Shown: positions 11,501 through 21,194, numbered from the stretch's first letter. The stretch is DNA of 64,000 nt from an uncultured Candidatus Saccharibacteria bacterium (GCA_964638425.1 CAZWYM010000001.1:74441-138440); one strand, 5' to 3'. Made by a program: numbers and translations. Notes: a model not told the origin generated them from the sequence alone.

Positions 11501-11781
11501 AGGAGCAACTGTCTTCTTAAAGAATCTTTTTCGTATTTCCAAGCATCAAATTCAACTATTGTTCCTCCCTCAATACCCTCATCTTTGAGTAACTTAACGA
11601 TTGTACTTTTTCCTGTACCCCATCGACCAAAGAGACCGATGGTATGAACACACGTGTCGCTTTCTAAAATAGATTTAAGTGCCGGTGCAACGCTCTTGTG
11701 GTAGAAATCAAAAAAGTTTTTAGACTCCTTACCAACAGGAGCATCCTTTAAAAAATTAAACTGTTTTGATTTGTTATCCAT
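8566..11781 (-). CDS. KAP family P-loop NTPase (2 TM insert, long helical C-terminus)
   Basis: IGLFGRWGTGKS Walker A, FDAWKY, TM pair, VVVIDNLDRV Walker B, FLRKIF, NPREIKQFIN. Confidence 0.9.
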   Translation of the reverse strand: MDNKSKQFNFLKDAPVGKESKNFFDFYHKSVAPALKSILESDTCVHTIGLFGRWGTGKSTIVKLLKDEGIEGGTIVEFDAWKYEKDSLRRQLLLQIAKDLQVNKNEIDKLEKELYFSLSETVGEKVSISWGYLKKVAILSLPFLIIIGLFTWQVFPDLATQWKLWAGTSFSLALSIALIIEKVLGEDFKKIIMVSPITSSKSQLSSPEQFEKSFVRILKLSKIKTNRVVVVIDNLDRVDSKVATEVLSTLKTFLEIKDVDAKGKNVVFLVPCDFEAIKKAAPSAELADEFLRKIFNVVVWTPEYIDTDIRTFVKEQIKQTGDIKNYLENDDVYLVIESAFSNNPREIKQFINNLISAVLVAFNTEVKDIVSNNIAYMAKVLVLMHKYPEAFQNLKKSWYAPEEILGTYRKVVVAEEPPFREEFENFMLETSRITVEDAEPFIYLKKPVISDLLTDDESIRLSLIEGNETTAKTHIEAETDKATLLEFIISILNKYKNHGIDVVTTIFKTQLTVLGELNLTSRDYINTVAGLLDGKVWPSFQKLPTDVIFDFVVADPNLDSRIRKNILDRYVLALSATEEFKNFNEIAIVKSILQNLVKQKQLLTNEHVLNIAQAIEEHYSVRDDILNLFVGIDDKSKFLTKKSIERIVETASLENFGTKKALLTDLSDMVIEKKVFPQLFKKLTEITIAHNQAVSGFTEEKEQFFKEALGLLVTFRVDLKLLLPADKVDFIKNIVQTFNAIPLWEKRKTLSLILIYLRSSLVDPQKTEAQQLFVQFLQNANAVAVREFFTFWKITYAQTLVTEFLPNIQPRVLSQPDFTKVIYDFSSDETRLQILDVLIAQDPLQAIEFIATLKPKDYARAEIVEKILNKAPTIGIAGRRKMYDFVADKINKNNDVAIKELVSKQVIELLNQDSLETSEVGHFFFEKADFLSIEKKREIVKSTLEFLRQPGKVLATVNSSALKVVTGFFSELQETLQKDYIFSLFCMIRDGHSQEVLDLAFSNLLTLKPSFSQYQKDYEDVASALDSWSNGGKKSVVDFLLQLKPDGRISATEKSYWEKVESHNVTEKNES

Positions 11782-11796
11782 AATTAAATTTCGAAC

Positions 11797-14700
11797 TCAG
11801 ATATTTACCGTATACACGCTAGTCTTATTATCAACATAACTGTCGTAAACATGCGAATAGACCTTCTGAGTTTTATCTTCACAGTCTTCTTCTGTATAGG
11901 TAGGCTCAGGCAAGTTGTCATACAAAAGAGCGCGGATAGTGACCTTAACATCAGCACGAGTCTCTTCCTTTTTCTTCCAGTCGAGCGCAAGTTTCTCCAT
12001 ACGAAGCTTTATTACCAACTCCTTCGCAACCACTTTCACTTGATTTACTTCGTCTGGATTGAGGTTCTCTTTTTTGAGCAAGTCAAAAATAGCCAGCTCT
12101 TCCTCAGATAGGTTCTCTGCAATTGCACGACTATCTTCCTCGCTTAGATCCTTAGCGAGCTCTACGAGCTGGTCAAAGAACGACTCAAGATCATGCGAAC
12201 CAGCGTTGTATTCATGCAACAGTCGATTGAGGCGATCAAGGAATGCCTTGCGTAGCTTATTCTTTCGAACCATCTCTTTTATCTTCTCTTCCAATTCAGC
12301 ACTTAATTCCTCAGCTTCAATATTCTTCGTGTCTGAGTCATCAAAAAACTTCTTGAGTGCTTCAAAGTCTATCTTGCTTAGGTCTTTTAGGTTTGGTTTA
12401 TCTTTAATGACGTACTCACCGGCACGGATAGAACGGTCGAGCAGATCCTCAAGATCCTTCTTAACCTGAGACACGTCAGTCTCCTCGTCGATAACTTCAC
12501 GGATACGGGAAGCAATAACCTTATACGCAGTCACCTCGTGGTAGAAGTCTTCTGCCTTTGGTTCTGGGAGAACAGCTTTGTAGTATTTGAGTGCATCACC
12601 TGAAAGTTCGAGGTAGCGTTGCTTAGTTTGTTCATCGACAAGGATGCGGTTGGTAAATACGTCGACGAGACGGATCTTTTCAATATCCTTTGCTTCGAGT
12701 AAATCATTGATATTGAGGTCGAGCAACTTGAGGAATTGTCGAGTCTGAGAAACACTTGCAAAGAGGATTTCTACTAGCTCATCCTTATCTTTAATAATCT
12801 CGTCATCACCATCATTCGAGACAGCATAAATAGCGAGTGCTTTCTGGAGGTTTCGGAACACACCAATGTAGTCAACGATAAGACCGTTAGTCTTTCCCGG
12901 ATACACACGGTTTGCACGAGCGATAGTCTGCATGAGCGTATGGTTCTTGAGTGGCTTATCAAGATAGAGCGTTGAAAGGTTTGGCACGTCAAAACCAGTC
13001 ATCCACATAGCACATACGAAGACAATCTTGAGGTTATCGGTAGGCTCTTTGAATTTAGTTTCCAAGTCCTCGTCAATCATACGAGCACGGATCGGACGCA
13101 TATCGATGTCAAACTCCTTCATGTCATCAATTTCGTTCTGGCTTTGACTGACCACTACCGCCATATCAATGTCCTCGTATTTAGATATCTGCTCACGAAT
13201 AGACTCCTTTTCGTGTTCGTCTTTTGCTTTTGAGACAGCAATATTAAGCTTTGCAATGTACCGTTGCATTTGTTCTTTTACCTTCACGTACATGCGAATA
13301 GCTGTCTTCTTATCAATAGACACGACCATCGCTTTACCGTTGTATCCCCGTGAGGTAAAGTGCGTCACAATATCTTCCGCAACCTTATTGAGACGATCTT
13401 CACGAGAGATGAGGTGGTAGAAAGTTGAAAACTCCTGCTCAAGTTTATCCTCCTCATCAGAGGTAAGGTCGTAGTAATCCATTACCTTCTCAATATCCTT
13501 CTGGATATCAGTATTAGTATTCTGAAGTTTTGGAACACGGTTCTCATAGAAGAGCGGTACTGTCGCACCGTCCTCTACAGACTGTGCAAAATTGTATGTT
13601 GAAACATAGTCTCCAAAGGTTGAGCGGGTCTTTTCTTCACCATCCATAATTGGCGTACCAGTAAAGCCAATGAATGAAGCGTTCGGAAGTGCAATACGAA
13701 GGTTTTTTGCAAAAGTATCGTATTGGGTACGATGCGCTTCGTCAGCCATTACAATAATGTCATTTCGTAGATTGAGTTCAATGGGTTCGTTGAACTTCTG
13801 AATCAAAGTGAAGATATGGCGATGATCCTCAGCAAGTAGTTCTCGGAGATTTTGAACAGAATCTGCATGCACTTCTTTATCTTTCTCAGCTCCACAGTCA
13901 ACAAAGTTCTTGTATATCTGTTTATCAAGCTCACGACGGTCAGTAATCAGCACAAAAGTGAAGTTACCATGCATCTTTCTGAATACCTTCTGCGACAAGA
14001 AGAGCATTGAGTATGATTTTCCTGATCCTTGTGTGTGCCAGAACACCCCAAGACGACCTCCATTTTCTTCACGATGTTCAATACGCTGAAAAGCTTTATT
14101 GACCCCGAGGAACTGGAAGTATCGAGCAACAATTTTGGTGAGTTCGCCACGAGAGCCATCAAATAATGTGAAGTTCTCAACAATATCTAAAAGTCGTGAC
14201 GGCTCACACGTACCACGAAGTACAATGTCGAGACTTACGCCACCCTCTTCACTCTCGTCATTAATCTTCTTCCATTCATTAAAGTGCTCATAGGCAGAAG
14301 TAAGGGTACCCACCTTACTCTCAATACCATTTGAAATAATGATAAATGCGTTACACCAAAAAAGCTGAGGAATGGTGTCCTTATAGTCACGAATATTTTC
14401 TTGGTAGGCATTGCGGAGATTCTTGTGCGAAGCTTTCAATTCAATGAGCACTAACGGCAACCCATTTACAAAACCTATAAGATCAGGGCGACGCTTGTGG
14501 AGTTCGCCAGTGATCCACATTTGAGATACGAGAAGGTAGTCGTTTTTTGAGACATCATTAAAATCAACAACTTTGATATTGATGGTCTCTATCGCTCCAC
14601 GATCGTCACGGACCTCAACTTTGACACCATCTTTTATGAGTTTATAGATATCAGCATTCGCATTTACCAAACTCATTGATGAACGGTCACGAGTAAGCTC

Positions 14701-14922
14701 ATCAATAGCTTGAATAATGGCTTCTATTGGAGCATCAGGGTTAAGTCTCTCGAGAGAGGGCTTTAGGTACTTCGCCAAAATAACCTGCCCTTGATTATCA
14801 CGACCTAGGAGTGCGTCACCCTCATCAGAGTATCCATTAATAAAATTTTTAACACCCCAAAGTTCGCCAAAGATTTTGACAGCTGTTTGCTCTATGAGGT
14901 TGTCTTCTGAAAATTCGTTCAT
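11797..14922 (-). CDS. hsdR: Type I restriction enzyme R subunit
   Basis: RPD...NGLPLVLIELK nuclease, WHTQGSGKS, DEAHR, FTGTP, MWMTGFDVP, QTIARANR. Confidence 0.96.
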   Translation of the reverse strand: MNEFSEDNLIEQTAVKIFGELWGVKNFINGYSDEGDALLGRDNQGQVILAKYLKPSLERLNPDAPIEAIIQAIDELTRDRSSMSLVNANADIYKLIKDGVKVEVRDDRGAIETINIKVVDFNDVSKNDYLLVSQMWITGELHKRRPDLIGFVNGLPLVLIELKASHKNLRNAYQENIRDYKDTIPQLFWCNAFIIISNGIESKVGTLTSAYEHFNEWKKINDESEEGGVSLDIVLRGTCEPSRLLDIVENFTLFDGSRGELTKIVARYFQFLGVNKAFQRIEHREENGGRLGVFWHTQGSGKSYSMLFLSQKVFRKMHGNFTFVLITDRRELDKQIYKNFVDCGAEKDKEVHADSVQNLRELLAEDHRHIFTLIQKFNEPIELNLRNDIIVMADEAHRTQYDTFAKNLRIALPNASFIGFTGTPIMDGEEKTRSTFGDYVSTYNFAQSVEDGATVPLFYENRVPKLQNTNTDIQKDIEKVMDYYDLTSDEEDKLEQEFSTFYHLISREDRLNKVAEDIVTHFTSRGYNGKAMVVSIDKKTAIRMYVKVKEQMQRYIAKLNIAVSKAKDEHEKESIREQISKYEDIDMAVVVSQSQNEIDDMKEFDIDMRPIRARMIDEDLETKFKEPTDNLKIVFVCAMWMTGFDVPNLSTLYLDKPLKNHTLMQTIARANRVYPGKTNGLIVDYIGVFRNLQKALAIYAVSNDGDDEIIKDKDELVEILFASVSQTRQFLKLLDLNINDLLEAKDIEKIRLVDVFTNRILVDEQTKQRYLELSGDALKYYKAVLPEPKAEDFYHEVTAYKVIASRIREVIDEETDVSQVKKDLEDLLDRSIRAGEYVIKDKPNLKDLSKIDFEALKKFFDDSDTKNIEAEELSAELEEKIKEMVRKNKLRKAFLDRLNRLLHEYNAGSHDLESFFDQLVELAKDLSEEDSRAIAENLSEEELAIFDLLKKENLNPDEVNQVKVVAKELVIKLRMEKLALDWKKKEETRADVKVTIRALLYDNLPEPTYTEEDCEDKTQKVYSHVYDSYVDNKTSVYTVNI

Positions 14923-16100
14923 GATTTTATTTCTAATTTACCGGTGACCAACTGTGGAAGAATCAAGTCACGTGACTTGATCAGTATTTCGTTCTGTTTC
15001 TCAAGTTTATACTTTAAAACAATACATTCTCGCACCTCTCTACCAAATTTATCTGTAACTTCAACTGGCGGAACATTCAATTTCTTTGTCATAAATTCAG
15101 GCCAGTGTCCTTTGTAGTCGTTGAATGAGATTAAGTTTTTTGTTGCAAAATGCAACCAAAATACATTCCTATCATCTAATGGGAGAAAAGGTAAAACATT
15201 TTGTATTGCAGAAAATGCAAACATTATTAAATTTTGATAACAAGTATGATTCGCAAATACAATTATTGGATCGTCTGTCGAAGCTACAACACTCGGCTCA
15301 TCATTATGATAGCCAATTATCCCTGACCTACCTTGATCTAAAACTGGCACTTTACCTGTAGGTTTAACAGTTTTATTTTCGTATCTCCTGCCAGCTGAGA
15401 CTCTTTTAATCACATCTTCTACTCTCTTTACTTCCCAGCCATCAGGAAGACCATCATTCCCAAATCTTATTTTTTCAGACCCAGGAAAACGAAAATTTAC
15501 AAACCATTCAGTATAAATTTTTTGAGCTAGTGTCTCAAGAATGTAGATGCGACGTTTGTTGTTTTCAATTAAATCATCAAAAAGGGACAAAGTTGAAGCA
15601 ATTGCTTTTTGAGTCTTCAATGGAAGATAATCAACATTGAGATTTTCTAGTTCACTCCCTCTGATTCCAGCTGCAGCTACCTGCATCACCAGTGATTGGG
15701 TTTTAGCTTTTCCTCTAGGAGATGAAAAGTAATAGTAGAAGAAATCAGGGTTTGCAATATCTTTTTTTAATCGCACTCTTATAAGGTGCGACTCGAAGGT
15801 TGTCTGACGTGTTGTCCCTTTAAAAATTGAACATTTACCAGCGCCTTCTGCCACTAATGACTGTCTTGCAAAAAGTAGATCGCCATCCATAAGTAGACTG
15901 TTCGCTTGCTCCTTTAACGTTAACGGGGCAAGCTCCATCCCAATAGAATCGTATATCTTGTCATACTTAAAAATCTCACCCATATTCACCATAGGAAAAC
16001 CTGAGCCTCTTACTCTCTTCGGCTTACTCACGCCATTACGAGAGGGGATTTCGTAAAGATCACCGAATCGTATTTCTTTTGTTTCTTGATTGATCTGCAT
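14919..16100 (-). CDS. hsdS: Type I RM specificity subunit
   Basis: Two TRDs; PL..QKAIA..L...DDLIENN, P.GWE, RDLILPQLVTG; lies between hsdM and hsdR. Confidence 0.93.
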   Translation of the reverse strand: MQINQETKEIRFGDLYEIPSRNGVSKPKRVRGSGFPMVNMGEIFKYDKIYDSIGMELAPLTLKEQANSLLMDGDLLFARQSLVAEGAGKCSIFKGTTRQTTFESHLIRVRLKKDIANPDFFYYYFSSPRGKAKTQSLVMQVAAAGIRGSELENLNVDYLPLKTQKAIASTLSLFDDLIENNKRRIYILETLAQKIYTEWFVNFRFPGSEKIRFGNDGLPDGWEVKRVEDVIKRVSAGRRYENKTVKPTGKVPVLDQGRSGIIGYHNDEPSVVASTDDPIIVFANHTCYQNLIMFAFSAIQNVLPFLPLDDRNVFWLHFATKNLISFNDYKGHWPEFMTKKLNVPPVEVTDKFGREVRECIVLKYKLEKQNEILIKSRDLILPQLVTGKLEIKS

Positions 16101-16104
16101 ATTA

Positions 16105-17640
16105 CTATTCTAATCCCAAGAGATTTCGAAAATTATTCAAAATACTCTTTTCAAGAGAACGTGCCTCAACAGTAAGTTTTTCAAACTCGGTGTAAAGCTC
16201 TCTTGCAGACGTTTCAAAATCCTCATCTGAAATATCCGATTCGACAGTTCCTACATATCGACCTGGATTTAGAGAGTAACCAGTATCGGCTACTTCTTGG
16301 ATTGTAACGACCTTACAAAACCCCTTTACGTCTTCATATTTAGCTAAAGTTTGCTCGCCACGATACCTTCGTACAACGTCAGTAATCTGCTGTATTTGTT
16401 CATCAGTCCATTCACGATGTGAACGATCGACTTGGGTGAAGGTATTTCGTGCATCAATGAAAAGAATTTTGTCTTTACGCTCAAGATACCTCTTACCTTT
16501 GTCGAGAAACCAGAGAGTTACAGGAAGAGTAACGTTATAAAACATGTTTGGACCAACAGAGACCATCACATCAACAACATTGTCATCAACAAGCTTCTTA
16601 CGAATTTCTTTTTCACTATTTCCAGCATCACTGGCAGAGTTTGCCATAACAAAACCTGCACGACCTCCATCTTTGAGAGCGTTCAGGAATATTTGTATCC
16701 AGAGATAGTTACCGTTATCTGTACGTGGGAGACCGTATGAAAATCGGGGATCATCTTTGATACGTTCTTTATCAATACCATCTACATTGAATGGTGGATT
16801 TGCCATTGCAAAATCAAACTTTCCGACAGAGCGGTGTAGATCTTCGTAGTAAGTGTTTCCCTGACGTATATCTCCAGAAAGACCATGAATAGCGAGGTTC
16901 ATCTTAGCAATACGAACTGTCTGATCAGTCTTTTCTTGCCCATAAATAGAAATCTCTCGTGAGGCTTTTTCTTTTTTTCCATTTTCAAGATGACGCTTAA
17001 TGAACTCAAGGGACTGCACAAACATACCTCCTGAACCACAAGCAGGATCGTATATCTTTCCTTGATAGGGTTCAAGAATTTCTACGATCAACTTTACAAT
17101 CGATGTCGGAGTAAAGAACTCTCCACCACCCGAACCGTCTGACAGCGCGAACTTGCCGAGAAAGTATTCGTAAATAAGACCGAATGCATCGCCTTCAATT
17201 GTGTCGGGGATATGATTTAGATTTTTGAGAAGCGTAACAATTGCAGAATTGTCGAGCAGGTTGTAATTTTTCGGAAGAATGCCTGCGAGGTCTTTGTTTG
17301 ATGTTTCAATTTCCTTCATTGCATCATTAACTGCCTTTCCCATATCCGTTCCTTCTGGAAGTGCAATGAGATACGAAAAACGAGCGTGCTCAGGAACGAA
17401 AAGCACAGCTCGTGATTGATAGTCCTCAGGAGTGATAGGTCTCTGACGTTTAGAAGTAGACGTCTTTGTCTCAGCTTCAATTTCTTTCTGTGCAACAGTG
17501 AATTTTACGTCAGCGAACTTGAGAAAAATAAGACCTAGAACTGGCTCAGCAAACTCGTTGAGACGCAAAGAAGAGTTGGCTCGAAGATGATCTGCCGCCT
17601 CCCATAGTTTACTCTCAAGTTGTTTGATGTCTGATGCCAT
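16105..17640 (-). CDS. hsdM: Type I RM methyltransferase
   Basis: LWEAADHLRANS, GEFFTP, YDPACGSGGMF, NPPF, YSLNPGRYVG. Confidence 0.96.
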   Translation of the reverse strand: MASDIKQLESKLWEAADHLRANSSLRLNEFAEPVLGLIFLKFADVKFTVAQKEIEAETKTSTSKRQRPITPEDYQSRAVLFVPEHARFSYLIALPEGTDMGKAVNDAMKEIETSNKDLAGILPKNYNLLDNSAIVTLLKNLNHIPDTIEGDAFGLIYEYFLGKFALSDGSGGGEFFTPTSIVKLIVEILEPYQGKIYDPACGSGGMFVQSLEFIKRHLENGKKEKASREISIYGQEKTDQTVRIAKMNLAIHGLSGDIRQGNTYYEDLHRSVGKFDFAMANPPFNVDGIDKERIKDDPRFSYGLPRTDNGNYLWIQIFLNALKDGGRAGFVMANSASDAGNSEKEIRKKLVDDNVVDVMVSVGPNMFYNVTLPVTLWFLDKGKRYLERKDKILFIDARNTFTQVDRSHREWTDEQIQQITDVVRRYRGEQTLAKYEDVKGFCKVVTIQEVADTGYSLNPGRYVGTVESDISDEDFETSARELYTEFEKLTVEARSLEKSILNNFRNLLGLE

Positions 17641-17645
17641 AAATG

Positions 17646-17849
17646 TTAAATACTCTTATCCAAAAATTTAATGATGTCTTCCTTGCGGTAACGTCGGTCT
17701 TTGCGAGTACCGAAGCGTAGCGCCTTAAGAATTCCTTTGTTGTCCCACTTGCGAAGCGTGTTCGGATGGCAATTTAGAACATCACATGCCTGCTGTAATG
17801 TCAGGATATCCGGTAACTCCAAAAGCTTCTTTTCGTGTTTCGTTGGCAT
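17646..17849 (-). CDS. MerR/Xis-type HTH DNA-binding protein
   Basis: LTLQQACDVLNCHPNTLRKWD...DRRY. Confidence 0.85.
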   Translation of the reverse strand: MPTKHEKKLLELPDILTLQQACDVLNCHPNTLRKWDNKGILKALRFGTRKDRRYRKEDIIKFLDKSI

Positions 17850-17902
17850 AATGCTAACTTAACACAAGTTTACATCACATTTTAAGAAAGATAAACTCGC
17901 AT

Positions 17903-18502
17903 TTAAGCTGTATTTTCAACGATTGCCTTTGCGAGATCGTTAAATTCAAAGGGTTTTATAGCGTGCTTTTCTAGACGAGCCAGAGAGATACTGTTGCCAT
18001 TCTTCGATAGCTCCTTAAGGTGGTCTCTTGAAAGAACATAGAAACACCACTGACTAAGGTCGACGATATCGAGAGTGACATGGTCTTGGTGCTTAAACAG
18101 TGCAAGAACATATACATCAGATTTGTAGTCAGCAACCCTGCTAAGCTCTGATTGCTTCTTAACAGCGTCTGAGTAATACAGTTCTGTTGCCTTAAGCCCA
18201 GACCAGAGAATCTTTGTAAATTGATTTTGATCCCAGTCTTGAATATATGAGCAACACTTCACCTCAATCTTTGTATTCTGATACAAAACATCGTAGTCTC
18301 CCCAAGGACTACGAACATCGATCTCTTTATTCTGTTTGAGTGCGTTCTCGACTAGAAATTCTGCGAGTGCACCTCGAAGTACATTTGAGTTAAGGCTGGA
18401 AAAGCCGTACTGCCAGAACTCTAATACGTTGAAAGATTTTTGTCCTGAGTTTTTAAATGTCTCAGAGCCCGAAAGTTTTTTCACTGGAAGTTTTTTATAC
18501 AT
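17903..18502 (-). CDS. Putative PD-(D/E)xK nuclease
   Basis: RGALAEFLV...YDV...KIEVK motif spacing. Confidence 0.6.
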   Translation of the reverse strand: MYKKLPVKKLSGSETFKNSGQKSFNVLEFWQYGFSSLNSNVLRGALAEFLVENALKQNKEIDVRSPWGDYDVLYQNTKIEVKCCSYIQDWDQNQFTKILWSGLKATELYYSDAVKKQSELSRVADYKSDVYVLALFKHQDHVTLDIVDLSQWCFYVLSRDHLKELSKNGNSISLARLEKHAIKPFEFNDLAKAIVENTA

Positions 18503-18544
18503 GGGAGAAATTAAAATACCAGCATTTTATAATGAAAACCCTCC

Positions 18545-18967
18545 CTACATTACCTTTTCAAGTATCGTGAAGAGGCCTTGGGAGGTGAACTTTGCCCAGC
18601 TGTTTGGCTTGAGGTCTTTGGTCAGAATTATCGTTCCTTTTGCAGTAATGCGTTCTCCGTCTCTGAAGTCTGCCATGCTTCCTGCACCTGCTCCGAAATT
18701 AACCGCGTAGTATTCACCCTCATCGGTATGAATGCCAAACGCGCAGTCCGCTGTGACGGTACCCCCTGCAACAGGTGGTAGACATACGTACGTTCCCGAA
18801 AGTGTTACCGTCTCTGCCTTCTGTGTTACGTTCTCACCTTTTGTCTCTACACGTTCCTCGCTAGGTGTACCTCCGTTTGGAGTCGAAGTACTCCCCTGCC
18901 TCAGACTGCTATACCCCACAAATAAAACAACGAGTACCACCGCACCGATGAGTATGTTTCGATTCAT
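18545..18967 (-). CDS. Membrane-anchored hypothetical protein
   Basis: N-terminal TM; CLP...DCAFG Cys pair. Confidence 0.7.
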   Translation of the reverse strand: MNRNILIGAVVLVVLFVGYSSLRQGSTSTPNGGTPSEERVETKGENVTQKAETVTLSGTYVCLPPVAGGTVTADCAFGIHTDEGEYYAVNFGAGAGSMADFRDGERITAKGTIILTKDLKPNSWAKFTSQGLFTILEKVM

Positions 18968-18981
18968 ATAAAAAGTATATC

Positions 18982-19023
18982 AGAAACCCCAACGCGAAGC
19001 GCTAGCTTCGCGTTGGGGTTTCT
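18982..19023. terminator. 19-bp stem hairpin
   Basis: agaaaccccaacgcgaagc-gcta-gcttcgcgttggggtttct. Confidence 0.7.
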
Positions 19024-19045
19024 CCACGTTGGTCAAACTTAAAAA

Positions 19046-19083
19046 ATAATCCCGAAGGTCGCCATGGCGACCTTCGGGATTAT
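19046..19083. repeat. Perfect 38-bp palindrome
   Basis: ataatcccgaaggtcgcca|tggcgaccttcgggattat. Confidence 0.9.
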
Positions 19084-19092
19084 GGGCGTATC

Positions 19093-19446
19093 CTACGGAT
19101 ACATTTCGTTTCTGATTTTGGTCAGCACCTGTGTGACGGCTGGGTCGGTGACTTTCGTGAAGCGTGGAAACTTTCTTCCATCCTTCTCTACATCACCCAT
19201 CCACATCTCAAGCGGACGGTTATCGAAACACGGAACACCAAGTTCTTTTGAAGCCTTGTACACAGAAGCTTCATACAAAGGACGGTACACAATGAAATGT
19301 GCTTCACCGGGGCGAGGGTCGTCTTCGGTGTGGAAACCGACACCTATCACCTCATAGGCATAATTGTTTACCAATCTGTTTGGGTCGTGCTTGTAGTGGT
19401 AGTAGAAGCCAGGTTCAGGCACTCGTTGTGGCATGGGTAATGACAT
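19093..19446 (-). CDS. DUF1653-like protein
   Basis: GFYYHYK...YEVIGVGFHTE...VYRPLY...RPLEMW...RF. Confidence 0.8.
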   Translation of the reverse strand: MSLPMPQRVPEPGFYYHYKHDPNRLVNNYAYEVIGVGFHTEDDPRPGEAHFIVYRPLYEASVYKASKELGVPCFDNRPLEMWMGDVEKDGRKFPRFTKVTDPAVTQVLTKIRNEMYP

Positions 19447-19556
19447 ATATTTCTCCTGTTTGGGTTGCTCTGGGACAAGACTAACCTAATTACATTCCTT
19501 TGAAAAGTTCAGTGGCTTTAGCCCACAGGGTTACCCTGTGAGTGACACGATTGATG

Positions 19557-20150
19557 TTATTTCTGGAATGTCTTGTACTTTTCAATAAGCTCCTTATATC
19601 CAATTTCTTTAACTAACTCAATTGCCCGGGCGTACCCTGGTGGTAAATTGTCCCGACCGAAGTCTAGCGGCTCTTTATCAAACAGTCTTTGATACATTTC
19701 ATACAGCATGGCATACAGAAGTATATGGTTCCTAGATACTGGTTCTTCACCTGCATATTGCGTTTGTGCATAATCCCAATACTGTTGATTATCTGTGACT
19801 AGAAAAATATGCAGTAATTCATGAATGATTAAATCCAGAAATTTTTCGTCAGACCATTGTTTATTCTCCTTATTCCACATCGGAAGAAGAAACGGAGTAG
19901 ACATCGCTTGTAGTCCTGCTCCAAAAACGAAACACTCCAAGTTACGCTCGGGGACTTTCCCTGTTAGATCAGCAAGGTTAGCAATTATATGTTTCGATGA
20001 GTCCGCTTCGCTCCAGATTCCTTCCCAGTACTTGAGAGTAGACTTAACTTCTTCCATAGATGGATACTCAAGACCCTTCTCTAAAAATAATGCTCTCCGT
20101 CCACGATCAAGAGGGTACGCGTAAATGAATGATAATTTTGGTAAATCCAT
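19557..20150 (-). CDS. Hypothetical protein with HExxH motif
   Basis: IIHELLH zincin-like motif. Confidence 0.6.
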   Translation of the reverse strand: MDLPKLSFIYAYPLDRGRRALFLEKGLEYPSMEEVKSTLKYWEGIWSEADSSKHIIANLADLTGKVPERNLECFVFGAGLQAMSTPFLLPMWNKENKQWSDEKFLDLIIHELLHIFLVTDNQQYWDYAQTQYAGEEPVSRNHILLYAMLYEMYQRLFDKEPLDFGRDNLPPGYARAIELVKEIGYKELIEKYKTFQK

Positions 20151-20157
20151 ATAATCA

Positions 20158-20583
20158 CTATGCTTTCGGATTAAATTCTACAATCCACTCAATACCGTAT
20201 TTGTCTCTGAACATTGCGAAGGCTTCTCCTTCAGCGCTGTCATCCATCGGTACTTCTACTTCTGCACCAACAGAAAGCCCTTTGAATATCCTTCCCGCTT
20301 CTTCTCTACTCTCAGCATCTACAAAGATTTTACTTCTGTTTTCGCTTTCACTTACCTTCCCCATGAATGAGGGTACGTCATTTCCGACGAGCATTGTGCC
20401 GTTCCCTATGGAGAGTACGATGCGCATGATTTTGTTTGCGTCTTCATCTCCGACTGGGAATTCAGGAGTTGCAATATCTTTGAAACGGGTCACCTTCGAA
20501 AACTCACCACCAAACACTGACTGATAAAAAGTAAACGCCTCTTCTGCGTTGCCATTAAAATTAATCCACGGGTTTATTGTCAT
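20158..20583 (-). CDS. VOC/PhnB-like glyoxalase family protein
   Basis: INPWINFNGNAEEAFTFYQSVFGG...DKYGIEW. Confidence 0.9.
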   Translation of the reverse strand: MTINPWINFNGNAEEAFTFYQSVFGGEFSKVTRFKDIATPEFPVGDEDANKIMRIVLSIGNGTMLVGNDVPSFMGKVSESENRSKIFVDAESREEAGRIFKGLSVGAEVEVPMDDSAEGEAFAMFRDKYGIEWIVEFNPKA

Positions 20584-20653
20584 ACGTGTAAGTATACAAT
20601 ATTTAGGATAGTGTAACCTTCCCAGATGTATTGGACGATGCCGGAAAACTTCT

Positions 20654-21045
20654 CTATCCAACTTCCACAGAAAAACCTCCGACAGCCATTTTGCTCATAT
20701 CAAACGGCATTGGCATGTCTACATTGGCGTATTTTTCATTGAAAAATTCCATTACTTTTTTATTTACTTGGTTTCTCTGGGTTTTATTTTATAGGTAATG
20801 AAAGAAAACCAGATAGTATCACTTGCTTTTGCTCCGGTCAGTTTGGTAAACGAGAGTGGTGCTGGCATACCATGCGACGCTTTCTTTGAAAGCTCTTCTC
20901 CTATACATTCTTTATAATCTAAAGCTCCAAAACGCTTCCACACCTCCTCCGCCTCACGAGCCATCTTCTTGTACTTGGCGATGTTCTTTTTAGGAATAAC
21001 GAGTACAAACCCATCTACATATGTTGCAGTTTGCTTTTTTGTCAT
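20654..21045 (-). pseudogene. DUF1428 family gene with single-base frameshift near 20787-20790
   Basis: YVDGFVL...WFSFITYK in one frame. Adding one A gives NKTQRNQVNKKVM...MPFDMSKMAVGGFSVEVG*, the family C-terminus. Confidence 0.8.
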
Positions 21046-21194
21046 ATCCTTAAATGATAGCAGATCTGTGTTTAAAAGTGAGTTGCGTTTCTCCAGAGCG
21101 CTGCCAGACTTGGAATCTCTCTCATTACATGAGCAGTACACCTTGTCGATATTTTGTTTCCTTACATCACAAAATATCTGGCAAGGTCTTCGAG

